From positions 6,324,001-6,388,000 of the forward strand of contig CM060731.1 in NCBI GenBank assembly GCA_030704615.1: a DNA stretch of 64,000 nucleotides. Reading direction: 5' to 3'. The notes under the pieces were generated by a model. The model saw nothing but the letters and a program-made list of their open reading frames with translations, had not been told where the DNA came from and did no database searches. A program made the position numbers and the translations under genes. Below, one piece after another: positions 61,059 through 64,000 of this stretch (the first letter of the stretch is position 1; each line of letters begins with the position of its first letter). The DNA is from Takakia lepidozioides. Lineage: Eukaryota; Plantae; Bryophyta.

Positions 61059-64000
61059 TTACTGTTTCTGAGTAGCAACCCTTTGTGAGTGAGCACCTTG
61101 TTGACGTTGAGAGTTTCGTGGCGGGCTGTGTGTACGAGCCCGAGGTCTGTCTCTGGTTGACGGAGATGGTTGATCATTACCTGGATAAGTGAGGCCTTCT
61201 GGAGGCTGATATCGAGGTAATCTTTCCGGCATAGGAGATCCCCTTTGTTTCTTCTCTTCCATCTGAATTGCATAGTCTTCTCCCATGTCAAAAGAATTCT
61301 GTGAAGAAACAGTTGTATCAGAATCCTCATCGCCTCTCAGGTGTTTTAATTTTCGAACTTTTTGTGGAATCATCTGGGGCATACAATGCTGTCCTACCAT
61401 GTCTGGAAGTTTGCATTTTACAACTTGGTGTAACCGTTGAACAGCAAAATTGGTGTAGACACTGAGCTCCTTGTCTGTCCAATGAGTGGGGTACCAATTA
61501 CTGGTGCAGCGTGCAAGTATTTCCATGCGATATGTCCCTTATAGAAAATGTCATCAAGTCCGAATTTCTGTGTTGACAAATTGTTGCAGGCTGCTTGAAA
61601 CCATGAACGAATTTGAGAATCCTTCTGTATCATAACTTTTGGGTCATATAGGTACATATGAGGTGGCACCGAAGGTAATACCCAATGATCTCCACTGGAG
61701 TAACTTTGAAAGCGTGCTTGCATCTTTTGTTGCTCAATGTGGTAACGTATCAGAAAACAAGCAGCGTAGTATAGCCCGCACCCCATGACAATACTTGCTA
61801 TTTCCTTGGTCTTGGTATAAATGAGTCCATGTACAACCTGGAAAGCAACCAATTCCCTCAACATGGTACCTGCCTCGTGCCAGTATTGTGCAAAGTGATG
61901 ATCTTCAATATGTCGATTGTTTGGAAGAACTTTAGTCCTGGTTGCCACTGGCAGCCAAATACGCATGATTTGGTAGTAATGTGCGAATGACTGCGGAGGA
62001 CTAAATTCTTTCCAAGCCAAATCCAACATGATGGGAATTTGGTTGAAGGGCATAATCATAGCCCTACTGTACTCCCTGGCAGCTGGAGTTTTAGGTGGGT
62101 TAAAAGCTGCATTGCCCCATACCTCCGGCTGTGGTGGCTGTGGTGTGGTTGTAGTAACCACAGGTTCAGCTACTGGTACACTGACCTGTTGTGGTGGTGG
62201 TGGTACTGGTTCCTGTACCATTGGCATCTCCTGCACCTCCTGTGAAGACTGAAAAGCCAGAGTTCTGGCTTGCAAATAAGAAGCCATTAGCTGTTCCTGA
62301 GGGATATAGACTCTTTGGTCGATGTTTGAAGTGAGGTCTTCCACTTGAGTCTGGAGTCCGTCTACATCCTCTTGTAACTCTGCTATCCTACTATAGACAT
62401 TGTCTATAGTAGTTGTGGCAATGTTCTGCACCTGCAGTCTAAGCTCATTCATCTCGCTTTGGGTGAGCTTCCGTGGGGCTTTGCCTTCTACTGGCCCTTG
62501 TGCTAACCAGACCTGCATAAGGCTGTTATCCACCAAGCTGCTTGTGGTTCCCCTGAGAGTTTGCTCCTCTCTTAGCTTATACAATTCCAACTGCTGTTGT
62601 AAAGCCTTCATGCGCTTCGCCTGTGGCTCAACCAATTGCGCATAGGCAGCAAGTAGATTATTGGCTTCTTTCGAAGCCTTGTTACTGACCGCGATTTCAT
62701 TTCTATTGGCCACGATGGTTTGTTGCAACTCCACGATGTATTTCTCTTGCTCAGCTTCCATCTGCCTGTATTGCTTGAAAGTATCTTCATTGCGACAGAT
62801 TGTATTCTTCATATCGACAATGAGCTTCATGTGCTCCACATTCTCTTCTTCTGCCTTCGTACATTTTTCCGCTTGACTGTTTATTTCTTTTGTTGATTGG
62901 TCAAGCATAGTTGTAAATGTAGCACATTGTATCGCCATCCTGTTATGCACTGTCTGCAACTCCGTATGTAGTGCATTCAGTTCTTGCAACTTGCTTTCAT
63001 GCTGCACCTGCATTTGGTATAGCTGTTGCTTATGTGCTTCGTGCAACTGGTCTTGCGCGAGGCCTGCCTCAATCAATTGTTGCTTGGCCAATTGCAAAGC
63101 CATTTCTGTATTGGCCAAGTCCTGCTTCATCTTGAGAGTGACCTCTTCATCGACCTTGTTTGCACACTCAGTGGCAAGTCGAGCCTCAAACTCCTTCCTG
63201 AGTTCTTCTTTCAAGGCTGTCAATTGGGTAATTGGAACATGGGTTTTGACATAAGTCCCCAACAAATTAAGTGTCCTGCCTATGGAACTCATCAGCATTG
63301 TCTGTTGAGGGTCATCATGGTGAGGTTGCTGCTGTTCCTCCTGATCTTCAACAGTATGATGTCTCACTAACCATTCAGACCATTGTCCCACCGGATTTTC
63401 TTCCTGAACTACTTCATTTATGACCGGTGCTACAGTGTCATGGCCTTCCGCCTGTGGTACCTCCGACACAGGTGTGTGCATTATATGTACCTCAGGATTT
63501 CTCTTGGGCAACTGTTGCACCTCTGGGATTTCTGTCTGCTTGACCAGACCAGAATATTCATAGAGAGGTCCCTTTCTCTATTTCTGCCACTATCTGTTCT
63601 GTAGTTGGAATATCTATCCCTTCACTTTCCAAATCAATTATTTCGGGTTGAGCTGCATGGATAACTTGTGACCTTGTGACAAGTCGTTCAAGTGGCTGTG
63701 TTTGTTGTGATGCAGAAGTAACTTCTTCCTCCCTCTCTGAAGGTCCTGCTTCCAGTAATAACATTCTTTTGTGCTGCTGTGCCCCTTCCTGGTCATGAGC
63801 TTGGGAAACATTATCATGCGGAATCCGTGAAGCCAGTGGATCTGCCACTACAGTCTTTCCCCTTCTCTGCCTCTTAGTCTCGGGTTGTGCTGCTAGTCCA
63901 CCCTCACTGTGTGAAGAGCCTTGGTCTTCCATTGCAGTTGTTTCTGGCTCAAACACTCCCATTTCCTTCCTTTCTTGTGCATTAAGTATGCCAGAATCAA
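61059..64000 (-). pseudogene. Copy B of the same long ORF (5' part beyond the window)
   Basis: ORFs 63558-63962, 61418-63520 and 61059-61526 are colinear with copy A at an offset of about 5.1 kb. Frameshifts fall at different positions from those in copy A. Confidence 0.8.

Noticed and set aside
61418-63520. env-like fusion glycoprotein or host SMC/myosin gene
   Set aside because: No signal peptide or convincing TM anchor. The coiled-coil similarity is generic, and the ORF is intronless and bounded by LTR and PPT.

Overview
Nuclear DNA of a non-seed land plant, most likely a bryophyte (inferred from PLS-class PPR genes, Tcn1-like chromoviruses and moss-type MITEs; species not determinable). 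Only one clearly intact host gene is present: a 10-exon site-1 protease (SBT6.1/S1P) at 11342-19339 (-). There is also a PPR gene with a decayed E/DYW tail and two PPR pseudogene fragments. The rest is nested, mostly decayed transposons: L1 fragments, hAT/CACTA/Harbinger-like non-autonomous elements, several Ty3/Gypsy fragments, a P-element-like transposase and a two-gene DNA transposon. The notable signal is a set of transposons carrying chromatin-related cargo next to short-motif tandem arrays. (i) A Gypsy element has a DNMT3-like cytosine methyltransferase domain directly after its protease. (ii) A tandemly repeated 5.1-kb LTR element has no gag/pol and carries one long plant-mobile-domain (PMD)-like/coiled-coil ORF. 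(iii) A DNA transposon has a PMD-like/coiled-coil/RING accessory gene and introns filled with GGACT-motif arrays. Elements (i) and (ii) share (GTC)ACAGCC arrays in their LTR regions. I propose, as a testable inference only, transposon-encoded sequence-specific silencing or anti-silencing systems analogous to Arabidopsis VANDAL/VANC. All domain calls were made by eye; no database searches were run.
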